Shown here: one piece after another, positions 35,884 to 46,018 of the stretch
How the letters are laid out: every line of letters begins with the position of its first letter
Numbering within the stretch: the first letter of the stretch is position 1
Assembly (NCBI GenBank): GCA_040219255.1
Contig: JAVJSW010000056.1
Coordinates: 1-64,000, forward strand
Source of the DNA: Sumerlaeia bacterium
GTDB taxonomy: Bacteria > Sumerlaeota > Sumerlaeia > SLMS01 > JAHLLQ01
Length of the DNA: 64,000 nucleotides
Reading direction: 5' to 3'
The notes under the pieces: model-generated
Told to the model about the DNA's origin: nothing
What the model saw: the letters and a program-made list of their open reading frames with translations, nothing else
Database searches by the model: none
Made by a program: the position numbers and the translations under genes

Positions 35884-37650
35884 GTGTCCCCCCGCCCCCC
35901 CTACACCCTCGGCCTTTCCGCCCTCTACCACGACTCCGCCGCCGCCCTCGTTGGGCCGGGGGGAGAGGTGTTGGCGGCGGCTCATGAGGAGCGCTTCACG
36001 CGCCGGCGCCACGATGCGGCGTTTCCCCGCGAGGCCATCGCCTACTGCCTCGCCGAGGCCGGCATCGGGCCCACCGATCTCTCGGCCATCGTGTTTTACG
36101 AGAAGCCGTTCACGAAATTTCTCGACCGCTTTCTGATCAATCACATCGCCGAGTGGCCGCGCAGTCTGGCGCCGTTTCTCGAGGCCGTGCCGTCGTGGAT
36201 GGGCGAGAAGTTTTGGCTGCCATATGAGCTGGCCAAGGCCGGGCTGTTCCGCGTGCCCGTGCGTTATGTGACGCATCACGAGAGCCACGCCGCCAGCGCC
36301 TTCCTGCCCAGCCCCTTCGAGCAGGCCGCCATCGTGACCTGCGACGGCGTGGGCGAATGGAGCACGACGACGGTGGGCTTTGGCGAGGGCGACGATTTCG
36401 TCCTGACGCAGGAGGTGCGCTTTCCCCACTCGCTCGGGCTGCTCTATTCCACCATGACGGCTTACCTGGGTTTTCGCGTGAACAGCGCGGAATACAAGGT
36501 GATGGGGCTGGCGCCCTATGGCGAACCGACGATGGTGGATAAGTTCCGCAAACTGTGCCATCTGCATGCCGATGGTTCGTTTCATCTGGATATGCGGTAC
36601 TTCCGGTTCCATCGCAGTCTGCGCATGCCGACGCGGGCGTTGGAGGAGCTGTTCGGCGCGCCCTGCCGCCGGGGCGAGGACGAGCCCCTGACGCAGTTCC
36701 ACAAGGACTGCGCCCGCAGCCTGCAGGAATTCACCAACGAGGCGATGCTGGGCCTGGCGCGGCGGGCGCACGCGTCGTTCCCGGGGACGAAGAATCTGGT
36801 GATGGCGGGCGGCGTGGCGCTCAATTGCGTATCGAACAGCTACATCCTCGAGCACGGCCCCTTCGACAACATCTGGGTCCAGCCCGCCGCCGGCGACGCC
36901 GGAGGGGCCGTGGGCGGGGCGTTGATGGTGGCGCGGGAAATCGACCCGGATTTCCGCCGCCACGAAATGGCCCATGTGGCTCTCGGTCCGGCTTTCGGCG
37001 ACGCGGCGATCCGCGAGGCGATGGAGGAGCAGGGCCTGCCCTATCGCGAAATGGCGAGCGACGAGGAATTGATCGAATACCTGGCGGATCGCCTCGTCGA
37101 GCAGGCCATCGTCGGTTGGTTCCAGGGCCGCATGGAATACGGCCCCCGGGCGCTCGGCAACCGGTCGATTCTGGCCGATCCGCGGGCGCCGGAAAACCGC
37201 GACCGGGTCAATCTGGCGATCAAATTCCGCGAGAGCTTCCGCCCCTTCGCCCCCGCCGTGCCCGAGGACGCCGTCGGGGATTGGTTCGATTGGCGCGGGC
37301 CATCGCGCTTCATGCTCTTCACCGCCACCACGCGTGAGCCCGAGCGCCTGCCCGCCATCGCCCATGTGGATGCGTCGGCGCGGCTGCAGACCGTGACGCG
37401 CGAGCACACGCCGCTGTACTACGACCTGCATCGCGCCTTCGAACGGCGCACCGGCGTTCCGGTCCTCATTAACACCAGCTTCAACGTGCGGGGCGAACCG
37501 ATCGTCTGCACGCCGCGCGACGCCGTGGCGACGTTCCTGGGCACGCACATCGACGTGCTGGCGATGGGGCGGTTCGTGGCGGAGAAGCGCGAGGTCCCCC
37601 GCGAGGCGCTGCGCGTCGAGGCGCACCGCACGGCGTTCAAGCCGGACTGA
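35884..37650 (+). CDS. O-carbamoyltransferase (NodU/CmcH/TobZ family)
   Basis: HDSAAA, EERFTR, HHESHAASAF, EYKVMGLAPYG, GGVALNC, GPRALGNRS, FRPFAP, NTSFNVRGEP. Confidence 0.93.
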   Translation: MSPRPPYTLGLSALYHDSAAALVGPGGEVLAAAHEERFTRRRHDAAFPREAIAYCLAEAGIGPTDLSAIVFYEKPFTKFLDRFLINHIAEWPRSLAPFLEAVPSWMGEKFWLPYELAKAGLFRVPVRYVTHHESHAASAFLPSPFEQAAIVTCDGVGEWSTTTVGFGEGDDFVLTQEVRFPHSLGLLYSTMTAYLGFRVNSAEYKVMGLAPYGEPTMVDKFRKLCHLHADGSFHLDMRYFRFHRSLRMPTRALEELFGAPCRRGEDEPLTQFHKDCARSLQEFTNEAMLGLARRAHASFPGTKNLVMAGGVALNCVSNSYILEHGPFDNIWVQPAAGDAGGAVGGALMVAREIDPDFRRHEMAHVALGPAFGDAAIREAMEEQGLPYREMASDEELIEYLADRLVEQAIVGWFQGRMEYGPRALGNRSILADPRAPENRDRVNLAIKFRESFRPFAPAVPEDAVGDWFDWRGPSRFMLFTATTREPERLPAIAHVDASARLQTVTREHTPLYYDLHRAFERRTGVPVLINTSFNVRGEPIVCTPRDAVATFLGTHIDVLAMGRFVAEKREVPREALRVEAHRTAFKPD

Positions 37651-37935
37651 AGCGCGTTTGCCACGCGAAGGGCGGCAAGGCGCGGAGGCGCAACGGCTTG
37701 TGGGCATGAAGGCTCCCGCCCTTGTTTGGGCCATTCTCGCCATCTTGAATCGCGGGAACGGCCCTTGGCGGACCCGCCGCGTTCTCTGGTTGGATTCCAT
37801 ACGCGCAGCCGCCCTTTCGGTGACGCATCGAGCCACCGGAAGCCGCAAGGCTGTCCTTGCTTCGCGGCCGCCGGGGGCGGAACACTGCGCCGCTGATTTC
37901 ATCAGCTCGATTCCCCCGGAGGTCCCGCCCCAATC

Positions 37936-38481
37936 ATGCCCGTCATTCCCTTTGAAGGCCGTGTTCCGCGCATTCATCCGAGCGCCTTTATCGCTCCCAC
38001 GGCGGTGATTATCGGCGACGTCGAAATCGGCGAGGGCGCCTCGATCTGGTACGGTTGCGTGCTGCGCGGCGACCTGGACCCGATTCGCGTCGGCGACCGC
38101 AGCAACGTCCAGGACAACAGCGTTCTGCACACGAGCCGCGGGGCGCCATGCATCGTGAAGAACGATGTCACCATCGGCCACATGGCGATGCTGCATGGCT
38201 GCACGATCGAGCACGGCTGCCTGATCGGCATGAGCGCCATCGTGCTGGACTACGCGGTCGTCGGGCCCGATTGTCTGGTGGGCGCGGGGTCGCTGGTGAC
38301 GAAGGGCAAGATCTTCCCGCCGCGCCAGATGATCCTGGGCTCGCCGGCGAAGGCCATCCGCGACTTGACGGAGGAAGAAATCGCCCAGGACATGGACAAC
38401 CACGCCCGCTATGTGACGAACGGCCAGCGCCACACGCGCATGCTGGAGGAATGGACCGCCAAGACGGGCTGGCGATGGTAG
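37936..38481 (+). CDS. Gamma carbonic anhydrase family protein (YrdA/PaaY-like)
   Basis: IGDVEIG, LRGD, SNVQDNSVLH, TIGHMAMLHGC, GSPAK. Confidence 0.9.
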   Translation: MPVIPFEGRVPRIHPSAFIAPTAVIIGDVEIGEGASIWYGCVLRGDLDPIRVGDRSNVQDNSVLHTSRGAPCIVKNDVTIGHMAMLHGCTIEHGCLIGMSAIVLDYAVVGPDCLVGAGSLVTKGKIFPPRQMILGSPAKAIRDLTEEEIAQDMDNHARYVTNGQRHTRMLEEWTAKTGWRW

Positions 38482-38556
38482 GAACGGCGCCGGGGGCGGT
38501 GGGCGCGGGGCGCGGGAACCGATTCGGACAAGGCCTGAATGTGAGGCTCGGCAATC

Positions 38557-39357
38557 ATGGCGGATAAGAAACTGGCGCTGATCACGGGGGCGTCGAGCGG
38601 CATCGGGGCCGATCTGGCCCGCGAGCACGCCCGCCGCGGCGGGGACTTGATTCTGGTGGCGCGCCGGGCCGAGAAGCTGGAGGCGCTGAAGGCCGCCCTG
38701 GAGGCGGACCATGGCGTCACGGTGCACGTGATGGCGCGGGACCTGGCGGTGGCGAACGCGGGCGAAGACCTGCACGCGGCGGTGCGCGAGGCCGGCCTGG
38801 AGGTCGATTACCTGATCAACAACGCCGGCTTCGGCGGCCACGGCGCGTTCCATGAGCGGCCGTGGACGGAGGACAAGGCGATGGTGCAGCTCAATATCGA
38901 AACGCTGACGGCGCTGACGCGGGCGTTTCTGCCGGGGATGGTCGAGCGCGGCAGGGGCAGGGTGCTGAACGTGGCGTCCACGGCGGCGTTCCTGCCGGGG
39001 CCGCTGATGGCGGTGTATTACGCCACGAAGGCCTACGTGCTCTCGCTGAGCGAGGCGCTGGCCAGCGAACTGCGGGGCACCGGGGTCACGGTCACGGCGC
39101 TCTGCCCCGGCGTCACCCGCACAGAGTTCGGGGCGCGGGCCAACGTCGGCGACTCCAAGCTCTTCCGTGGCCCCTGGGTCGCCGGGTCGGCGGCCGTCGC
39201 GGCTTTCGGGTACCGGGCGATGCTGGCCGGCCGAGTCGTCGCCGTGCACGGGTTCTGGAACAAGGTCGCGGCGCACGTGGCCCTGCCGCTCCTGCCCAAG
39301 CCGGTCGTTCGGCGGGTCTCCCTCCTTCTGACGGAGAAGGTCAAAAAACGCTCGTAG
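38557..39357 (+). CDS. Short-chain dehydrogenase/reductase
   Basis: TGASSGIG, NNAG, YYATK. Confidence 0.92.
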   Translation: MADKKLALITGASSGIGADLAREHARRGGDLILVARRAEKLEALKAALEADHGVTVHVMARDLAVANAGEDLHAAVREAGLEVDYLINNAGFGGHGAFHERPWTEDKAMVQLNIETLTALTRAFLPGMVERGRGRVLNVASTAAFLPGPLMAVYYATKAYVLSLSEALASELRGTGVTVTALCPGVTRTEFGARANVGDSKLFRGPWVAGSAAVAAFGYRAMLAGRVVAVHGFWNKVAAHVALPLLPKPVVRRVSLLLTEKVKKRS

Positions 39358-39410
39358 CTTGGCGAGGCGTTGCGCTTCCCGTTCGGTGGCGTCATCCGCC
39401 GCCTGGACGC

Positions 39411-39470
39411 TGCTCTTATCGGGGGTGCTCTTGTCGGGGGTGCTCATGGTGCGGGTGCTCCTGTGGTTGC
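39411..39470. repeat. Four tandem 15-bp units, each starting TGCTC
   Basis: TGCTCTTATCGGGGG TGCTCTTGTCGGGGG TGCTCATGGTGCGGG TGCTCCTGTGGTTGC. Confidence 0.7.
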
Positions 39471-39489
39471 GAGTCAGACAGGCGGGAGC

Positions 39490-39564
39490 CTCGCACAGGT
39501 GCCGCCGTTTGTCCCCTCATGTGGAGCTTCGGGAGCAAGAAAGACAAAATACACTTATCAGACA
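39490..39564 (+). repeat. Dispersed ~80-bp intergenic repeat, copy 2
   Basis: Inverted near-identical partner of 22782-22865. Confidence 0.85.
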
Positions 39565-39585
39565 ACGGAGGTGGAGGCGGGGGAA

Positions 39586-39752
39586 TTCACCGCAGAGGCG
39601 CGGAGAGCGCAGAGAAGTTTGGGATGATCAGAGTTATGAGGAGAAGTCTTGAGGGGCGATCCTTTTTGCGGGTGACTCATGAAGCTATGGCTCCTTGTGC
39701 CGGGAGGGGCGGGGGGGGTGGGATCTCGGTGTGCTCGGTGGCTCTGTGGTGA
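39586..39752. repeat. 167-bp element with inverted CRCAGAG-repeat arms (39586-39614, 39725-39752)
   Basis: TTCACCGCAGAGGCGCGGAGAGCGCAGAG / CTCGGTGTGCTCGGTGGCTCTGTGGTGA. Confidence 0.75.
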
Positions 39753-40013
39753 TTGGATTTCGTCCTTCGCGGCGTTTGGGAAAACCGCTTGACCGGGCGG
39801 CGGGGGTTGGCGTGCGGTTTGGCGCCTTTAGCGCTTGCGCCGAGGGCGTGGGTGCCGGTTCATGGGCCGCTGTTACGGAGCCGTGTCTCTTGGAGCGGGT
39901 TGGCCCGGAGTTTGCCACCGGTAGCCGCCTCACCGAGAGGGCGTGGCGCGTACGCAAGTCCGCGGACTTGCGCATTTTCGTCAAGATTACTAAAGAGAGG
40001 CAGGGATTGCCCA

Positions 40014-40253
40014 ATGGCTTCTGTGGAAGAAAGCGTCAAGGAAGTGATCGTCAAGCAACTGGGAGTCAATGAGGAGGAGGTTTCTCGCGAAGCCTCGTTC
40101 ATCGACGACCTGGGTGCGGATTCGCTGGATATCGTGGAACTCGTGATGGCGTTCGAAGAGCGCTTCGAGATCGAGATTCCGGATGAGGACGCGGAGAACA
40201 TTCGCACCGTGGGTGACGCGGTGGATTATATCTCCAACAAGAAAGAGGGATAA
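40014..40253 (+). CDS. acpP: Acyl carrier protein
   Basis: [21 protein letters not shown]. Confidence 0.96.
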   Translation: MASVEESVKEVIVKQLGVNEEEVSREASFIDDLGADSLDIVELVMAFEERFEIEIPDEDAENIRTVGDAVDYISNKKEG

Positions 40254-40399
40254 GGCAGGCCGGGCGGAGAGCCCGGTGTGTCCGATCCGGCCGCCAGGGG
40301 ACCGAAGGCGCCAGTTGGTGTCTGTCTGTTTCCTAATGACTCAATCGTGCCAGGGCGGCCGCCGTCCTGGCCATTCCCTGGAAAGCCTGATTACGCGCT

Positions 40400-41644
40400 A
40401 TGTCTGAACGCCGTCGCGTCGTGGTGACCGGTCTCGGCGCCGTCACTCCCATCGGCCACACCGTTGCCGAGTTCTGGAAAAACCTCCTGGCGGGGGTATC
40501 CGGGGCTGCTGCGATCACGCAGATCGATGTGGAAGAGCATAAAACGAAATTCGCCTGCGAGGTGAAGAACTGGGATCCGTCGGAGCACTTCGATAAGAAG
40601 GACGCTCGAAAGACGGAACGGTTCGTTCAGTTCGCGCAGGTAGCCGCCCGCGAGGCGATGAAGGATTCCGGGCTGGACCTGGAGAAGGTGGATCGCGACC
40701 GGTTCGGGACCTATGTGGGTTCGGGCATCGGCGGCATCCGCGAGATGGAGGAGCAAGCCCGAGTCCTCTTTGAGAAGGGGCCGGCGCGCATTTCTCCGTT
40801 TCTGATCACGAAACTGATCTGTAACATGGCGCCCGGTCTGATCAGCATGGAGCATGGTTTGCGGGGTCCGAATTCGTGCGTGGTGACGGCTTGCGCCACG
40901 GGCACGAACGCGATCGGCGATGCGATGAAGATCATCGCCCGCGGCGACGCGGATTTGATGGTGGCTGGCGGTTCGGAAGCGGCCATCACGCACCTGGGCC
41001 TGGGCGGGTTCGAAAACATGAGGGCCCTCTCGGGCCGCAACGACTCGCCGCAGACGGCCAGCCGGCCCTTTGACAAGGACCGCGACGGGTTTGTGATGGG
41101 CGAGGGCGCGGGGATTCTGGTTCTGGAAGAGTACGAGCACGCGAAAGCCCGCGGCGCTCGCATCTATGGCGAAGTGGCGGGGTACGGCATGAGCGCCGAC
41201 GCCCATCACATCACGGCTCCGGCCCCCGGCGGCGAAGGCGCGGCGCGGGCCATGGCGGCGGCGGTGAAGGATTCGGGACTGGCGCCGGGCGAAATCGCCT
41301 ACGTCAACGCCCACGGCACCTCGACGAACCTGAACGACAAGAGCGAAACGGCGGCGCTGAAGACAGTCTTCGGCGAGCACGCTTCGAAACTGGCGATCAG
41401 TTCGAACAAGTCGATGATCGGGCACTTGCTCGGCGCGGCCGGCGGCGTGGAAGCGGTCGCCAGCTTTATGACGATGGCGGAGAGCATGGTGCCTCCGACG
41501 ATCAACTACACGACGCCGGATCCGGAATGTGATCTGGATTACGTGCCGAACGAGAAGCGAGCGATGGATGTGCCGGCGGTGATCTCGAACTCCTTCGGTT
41601 TCGGCGGTCATAACGCGAGTCTGGTTTTCCGCCGTGTCGAGTGA
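40400..41644 (+). CDS. fabF: 3-oxoacyl-ACP synthase II
   Basis: [36 protein letters not shown]. Confidence 0.96.
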   Translation: MSERRRVVVTGLGAVTPIGHTVAEFWKNLLAGVSGAAAITQIDVEEHKTKFACEVKNWDPSEHFDKKDARKTERFVQFAQVAAREAMKDSGLDLEKVDRDRFGTYVGSGIGGIREMEEQARVLFEKGPARISPFLITKLICNMAPGLISMEHGLRGPNSCVVTACATGTNAIGDAMKIIARGDADLMVAGGSEAAITHLGLGGFENMRALSGRNDSPQTASRPFDKDRDGFVMGEGAGILVLEEYEHAKARGARIYGEVAGYGMSADAHHITAPAPGGEGAARAMAAAVKDSGLAPGEIAYVNAHGTSTNLNDKSETAALKTVFGEHASKLAISSNKSMIGHLLGAAGGVEAVASFMTMAESMVPPTINYTTPDPECDLDYVPNEKRAMDVPAVISNSFGFGGHNASLVFRRVE

Positions 41645-42443
41645 GGGTGATCCCTCCTCCGCCTCGACCCTCGACCCGCAACGCCGCGAGGCGCTGCAAA
41701 CGCTTGTGTCCCGCTTCGGAGTTCCGGAGCGGGATGCCGTTTTAACGCTGGTGGATCAGGCGCTGACACATCGCTCCTGGGCGGCGGAGCACGGGGGCGC
41801 GCCGGATAACGAGCGGCTGGAGTTCCTGGGCGACGCGATCATCAGCCACGCGACGGCGGATTACCTGTACGAGACGCGGCCGGAGAAGGACGAGGGGCAC
41901 CTGTCGAAGATGCGGGGCGCGATCGTGAGCCGCAAGACGCTGGGCGAGGTGGCGCTGGCGCTTGGGCTGGGTGAGTTGATGCGGCTGGGGGCGGGCGAGC
42001 TGAACACGGGGGGCCGTTCGCGTCCGTCGGTGACGGGTTCGGCGCTGGAGGCGATCGTGGGGGCGCTGAGCCGGGTTTACAGCTATGAAGAATTGCGGGG
42101 CGGATTGCGGGAAGTGGTGGTGGAACCGGCACAGGAATTGGTGCGCGGGAACCTGACGGAGGACTTCAAATCGCGGCTGCAAGAGATGGTGCAGGCGGCG
42201 TGCCAGGACGTTCCACGGTACGAGGTGGTGGGCTCGAGCGGGCCGGATCACGAAAAAGTGTTCGTTGTGGAGGCCCGGCTGGGCGACTTGCACTTGTCTC
42301 GCGGGCAGGGACAGCGCAAGAAGTATGCGGAGAACGATGCGGCCCGGGTTGCCCTGGAGCGCATCGCGCGGGGCGAGTTGACGATTCCCATATCGCCCGG
42401 CGGTCCCCCGCCCGCCGACGACACGTCAAAGGAAGTGCTGTGA
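41634..42443 (+). CDS. rnc: Ribonuclease III
   Basis: [16 protein letters not shown], ds[19 protein letters not shown]. Confidence 0.93.
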   Translation: MSSEGDPSSASTLDPQRREALQTLVSRFGVPERDAVLTLVDQALTHRSWAAEHGGAPDNERLEFLGDAIISHATADYLYETRPEKDEGHLSKMRGAIVSRKTLGEVALALGLGELMRLGAGELNTGGRSRPSVTGSALEAIVGALSRVYSYEELRGGLREVVVEPAQELVRGNLTEDFKSRLQEMVQAACQDVPRYEVVGSSGPDHEKVFVVEARLGDLHLSRGQGQRKKYAENDAARVALERIARGELTIPISPGGPPPADDTSKEVL

Positions 42444-43360
42444 AAGTCGTTCTGGTCACTGGTTCGGAAGGTATGCTCGGCAGCGAAGTCGTGCGGCATC
42501 TCAAACGCGCGTCGGACACGCGCGTGGTAGGGACGACGGCGAAGACGCTGGACATCACGGACCTGAGCGCGGTGAAGACGGCCCTGGAAGAGCATCGGCC
42601 GACGCACATCATCCACTGCGCCGCGTTTACCCTGGTGGATACGGCGGAGAAGGATCGCCTCGCGGCGTTCCGCGTGAACGCCGAAGGCACGAAGAACCTG
42701 GCCTTCTTCGCCCGCGAAGTCGGTGCCGAAATGATCCTGATCAGCACCGATTACGTCTTCGATGGCGAAAAGGGCTCGCCCTACCTGGAGAGCGATCCGA
42801 CCTGTCCGATCAACGCCTATGGCGAGAGCAAAGTGGCCGCGGAGCATCATCTGCGAACGCTGCTGGAAAAGCACAAGATCGTGCGGACGTCCTGGCTGTC
42901 GGGCCTGGGCGGGGCGCACAACCGCAATTTCATCGAGACGATGCTGCGCCTGTCGGAGACGCGCAATCAGCTCTCGATCGTGAACGACCAGACGGGCCGG
43001 CCGACCTTCACCTTCGATCTGGCTCCGGCGTTGGTGACGCTACTGGACGTGCACGACTATGGCGTGTTCCACGTGACGGGCGACGGCCAGGCGACGTGGT
43101 TCGATTTCGCGCTGAAAATTTTCGAGATGTCCCATAAGAAGATCGAGTTGAAGCCGATCACCTCGGACCAGTTCCGCAGCCTGGCACGGCGCCCACGCTT
43201 TTCCGTGCTGGCGAACACGCGGTTCGAGGGGCTGGGGCTGCCGCTGCTGCCGAAGTGGGACGATTCGTTGGCTGAGTATTTCCGCCGGCGCAAGTTGGCG
43301 ACATCGATCAGCGAACCGAAGGACCGGGGCCCAAGCCCCTTCGCCCGGCGTCAGGATTGA
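42440..43360 (+). CDS. rfbD: dTDP-4-dehydrorhamnose reductase
   Basis: GTGA overlap with rnc; VTGSEGMLG, STDYVFDG, YGESK, DQTGRPT. Confidence 0.92.
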   Translation: MKVVLVTGSEGMLGSEVVRHLKRASDTRVVGTTAKTLDITDLSAVKTALEEHRPTHIIHCAAFTLVDTAEKDRLAAFRVNAEGTKNLAFFAREVGAEMILISTDYVFDGEKGSPYLESDPTCPINAYGESKVAAEHHLRTLLEKHKIVRTSWLSGLGGAHNRNFIETMLRLSETRNQLSIVNDQTGRPTFTFDLAPALVTLLDVHDYGVFHVTGDGQATWFDFALKIFEMSHKKIELKPITSDQFRSLARRPRFSVLANTRFEGLGLPLLPKWDDSLAEYFRRRKLATSISEPKDRGPSPFARRQD

Positions 43361-43364
43361 ACGG

Positions 43365-45956
43365 TTACTCGGCGGCGCTCGTTTTCAGCGCCAAGGCGCC
43401 AAACGTTTCCAATTGAGGCAAGCGCACCCAGAGGACGTCGTCCTTCTGCTCGAAATCGACGCGCACCGGGATGAGAAGCTCGGGGCGGTCGGGCGAGCCA
43501 TAGAAGGCGGATTCGACTCGGGTTGCATCGGGCAGGCGGAGCGCGACGGTGAAATCGGCGAGGGGTTCGGCGGGGACGACGCTCTCGTTCCAGAAAATGT
43601 TCGGCCCCAGGTTCAGCATCGTGACGGTGCGGGTGCCGGTCCGCTGGTTTGCGAAACCGCGCGTCTGGACGCCGGAGACGATCTGAACCGGGGCGTCCCA
43701 GTTGGCGACATCCGGACCATGATGATAGCCATAGAGCATCGCGTCGAACTGATTGTAGCGGGCGATGGCGGCGGCGTTTTCAGCGGGCATGGGAACGTTG
43801 TCGGGGTAGTAGAGCGTGTTGAGGGCGTGCATCTGGCCAGTGGATTCGTCGGGTTCGCCGGCGATCATCAGCGACCCGCCGCCCAACTGGCAGGCTCCCA
43901 GCATGAGCTTGAGCGCGTCGAGGGGCCAGACCGGCGGATCGAGATAGCCGGCGTCGGCGGGATAGATTTTCAGGATGACGCGCTGATGCCGGGGCGCGCG
44001 ATGGCGATAGGCGATGTCGGCGACTTCGGAGAAGGCGGGTTTGTGTCCGGCCCAGTTTTCGATAAAGATAAAGTCCGTCTTGTCGTACATGAGGTCGATG
44101 CCGAACTCGGAAACGCAATTGAAGGAAATGGCGATATCGTCTTTCCAGGTGTGGGCTTCCCGATGCACCAGGCGGATGAACTCGGCGATGACTTCGGTGA
44201 GGAGCCGGCCGCTCCATTCGCTGTTCTCTGAATAATAGCGCGCGTCGGAGGAATGGCCGTAACTGTCGATTTCGAGGCCATCGAACGCGACGTGGTCTTC
44301 GGGGTTCTGGATGAGGGTCTTGCGGAATTCCTCCATGATCAGGGGAAACCAGGGCGTGTCGGGCGCGATGGCCATCAGCCAGAACCATTTCGGCAGATCC
44401 TGGGCTTCGGCCTGCTTTTCGGACATGACCGCGCCGTTGAAGACCAGAGGCACACCATCGTCCGTCGTCATGGGATAAGGATGTTTCTTGTAGATGGATT
44501 CGGAGGCGGCGTAAGCGGCGACGTAGGCGATGGCTTTGATGTTACGCTCGTGGCCCGACGCGATCTTGCGGCGGATGTCTTCGACGAGGATCGTATTGCC
44601 GTAGAAGGGTTCGAATTCGTATTCCTCTTGCGACGGCGCGTAATCGCCATGGGCGGGGAAATAGTCGTAGTATTCGACCGCGTTGATGCCGAGTTCGGCG
44701 AGCATGGCGGACTTCTTTGCATAGTCCTGGCCGAGATTGTTCCAATTGGCGTAGAAGCCGTAGCGAAGGTCGTCGGCGAAATCGTCGAGGCGGCTCCAGA
44801 CGGCGACGCGGCGGTCGAGGAGATCGCCGCCGTGCATCAGGTCGAGGCGCAGGACGACGGGGCCTTCACGGTCGGCCGAGGGCGATCGCAGCGCGACGGT
44901 CAAACTGGTCTCGGTGGTCGAGATTTGCTGGGTCGCGAGTTCTTCGAAATCGACGATTTGGGTCAAGTGCAGGGTTGGACCGGCGTCGGCGGCGCTGGGC
45001 TCGGTGGCGCCGGCGATTTCCACGGCGAGGTCTTGCGAGGCAGAGGGCTTGGTCCAGGTCTTGGCGGGCAGGGCGCGGACGATGCGAGGGCCGTCCGCGG
45101 GCTTGGGAAGGGAGGCGATACTGGGCAGGGCGAGTTCGCGCGGCGAAGGGGGAAAGGCGATCGCGCTGTGCCGGAGGCGGCTGATTTCGAGAACGGTGTT
45201 ATCGTCCTTGTCGCGGGTGGTGACGTTCGAATCGGGAAGCCATTCGAAATTTCCCTCGGCGTCTCTCCGGACGAACTTATAGCGCAACATGCCGGTGTCT
45301 ATCGGGACGACGGCGTAAAAAAAACCGCTCGGGGCGCGCTTCATTCGAAAGCGCCGATCCGTGATTCGCCCATCGCTGTTGTTGGCCCAATTGTTGAAGT
45401 TTCCCGCGAGATAAACGACATCGCCGGCACCGCCTTTGGCGGTCAGCAGGACCGACTTGCCATCGTTCGAAATCCGGGGTTTGCCGGCTTGCTCCAGAGA
45501 CGCGCCGAAGGCTTTCGCGACGGACGCGAAATCCTGGGCGGACTGCTCTCCGGTGGGGTGGACGGCGGCGCTGAGGGGCTGGGCCGAGCGCACCCAGAGC
45601 GGCGGGGCGGTCTGGAGCCAGCCGTTCCCGGAGGCGGAGTCGGCGTCGACGGCCCATTCGTACCCGTGATCGCTCTGGACTTCGAGTGCGACCTGAAGTC
45701 CCCAGACCCGATCGTTGGCTTCGCCGTCGCCGTGCTGGCCATCGTCATACATCGGATAGCGCCGAAAATCATTCCAGTCTTCCGCGTATCGACCCGTGTC
45801 TGGATCGAAGTTTCCCGAGAGAAACAGCGATTCGTACGGATCCGGATTGGCGCGGTCGTCATAGAGAAAGGTGACTTGGGCCTTCTGAGGAGGCGAGGCG
45901 CCTTGGGCGGCGAACGCCATGAGGGCCAGCAGGAGGGAAGCGGAAGAACGAAACAT
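43365..45956 (-). CDS. Secreted multi-domain GH66-family (dextranase/CITase-like) protein with N-terminal DDGxxGD module and CBM48
   Basis: Signal peptide; PMYDDGQHGDGEANDRVWG; VYLAGNFNNW..YKFV; LRYGFY, INAVEYYDY..H, FDGLEIDSYG. Confidence 0.7.
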   Translation of the reverse strand: MFRSSASLLLALMAFAAQGASPPQKAQVTFLYDDRANPDPYESLFLSGNFDPDTGRYAEDWNDFRRYPMYDDGQHGDGEANDRVWGLQVALEVQSDHGYEWAVDADSASGNGWLQTAPPLWVRSAQPLSAAVHPTGEQSAQDFASVAKAFGASLEQAGKPRISNDGKSVLLTAKGGAGDVVYLAGNFNNWANNSDGRITDRRFRMKRAPSGFFYAVVPIDTGMLRYKFVRRDAEGNFEWLPDSNVTTRDKDDNTVLEISRLRHSAIAFPPSPRELALPSIASLPKPADGPRIVRALPAKTWTKPSASQDLAVEIAGATEPSAADAGPTLHLTQIVDFEELATQQISTTETSLTVALRSPSADREGPVVLRLDLMHGGDLLDRRVAVWSRLDDFADDLRYGFYANWNNLGQDYAKKSAMLAELGINAVEYYDYFPAHGDYAPSQEEYEFEPFYGNTILVEDIRRKIASGHERNIKAIAYVAAYAASESIYKKHPYPMTTDDGVPLVFNGAVMSEKQAEAQDLPKWFWLMAIAPDTPWFPLIMEEFRKTLIQNPEDHVAFDGLEIDSYGHSSDARYYSENSEWSGRLLTEVIAEFIRLVHREAHTWKDDIAISFNCVSEFGIDLMYDKTDFIFIENWAGHKPAFSEVADIAYRHRAPRHQRVILKIYPADAGYLDPPVWPLDALKLMLGACQLGGGSLMIAGEPDESTGQMHALNTLYYPDNVPMPAENAAAIARYNQFDAMLYGYHHGPDVANWDAPVQIVSGVQTRGFANQRTGTRTVTMLNLGPNIFWNESVVPAEPLADFTVALRLPDATRVESAFYGSPDRPELLIPVRVDFEQKDDVLWVRLPQLETFGALALKTSAAE

Positions 45957-46018
45957 AAGGAATGTCCAATCGGAAAACGTGTCTGGCGAGCGGCGCGGAT
46001 CGGGCCTTTGTCCGATTC

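Noticed and set aside
37661-37694. CCACGCGAAGGGCGGCAAGGCGCGGAGGCGCAA as another repeat arm
   Set aside because: Too degenerate and no convincing partner arm
35854-39447. 1197-aa minus-strand ORF, and similar long ORFs at 8147..10741, 6268..7953, 11307..13235, 27324..29363 and 44253..46022
   Set aside because: Antisense shadows of clearly identifiable genes, expected with high GC3; no recognisable motifs
35884-41644. Carbamoyltransferase + SDR + ACP + KS as a secondary-metabolite cluster
   Set aside because: acpP-fabF-rnc is the standard fatty-acid operon and is separated by a 650-bp repeat-rich gap; no chain-length factor or tailoring set
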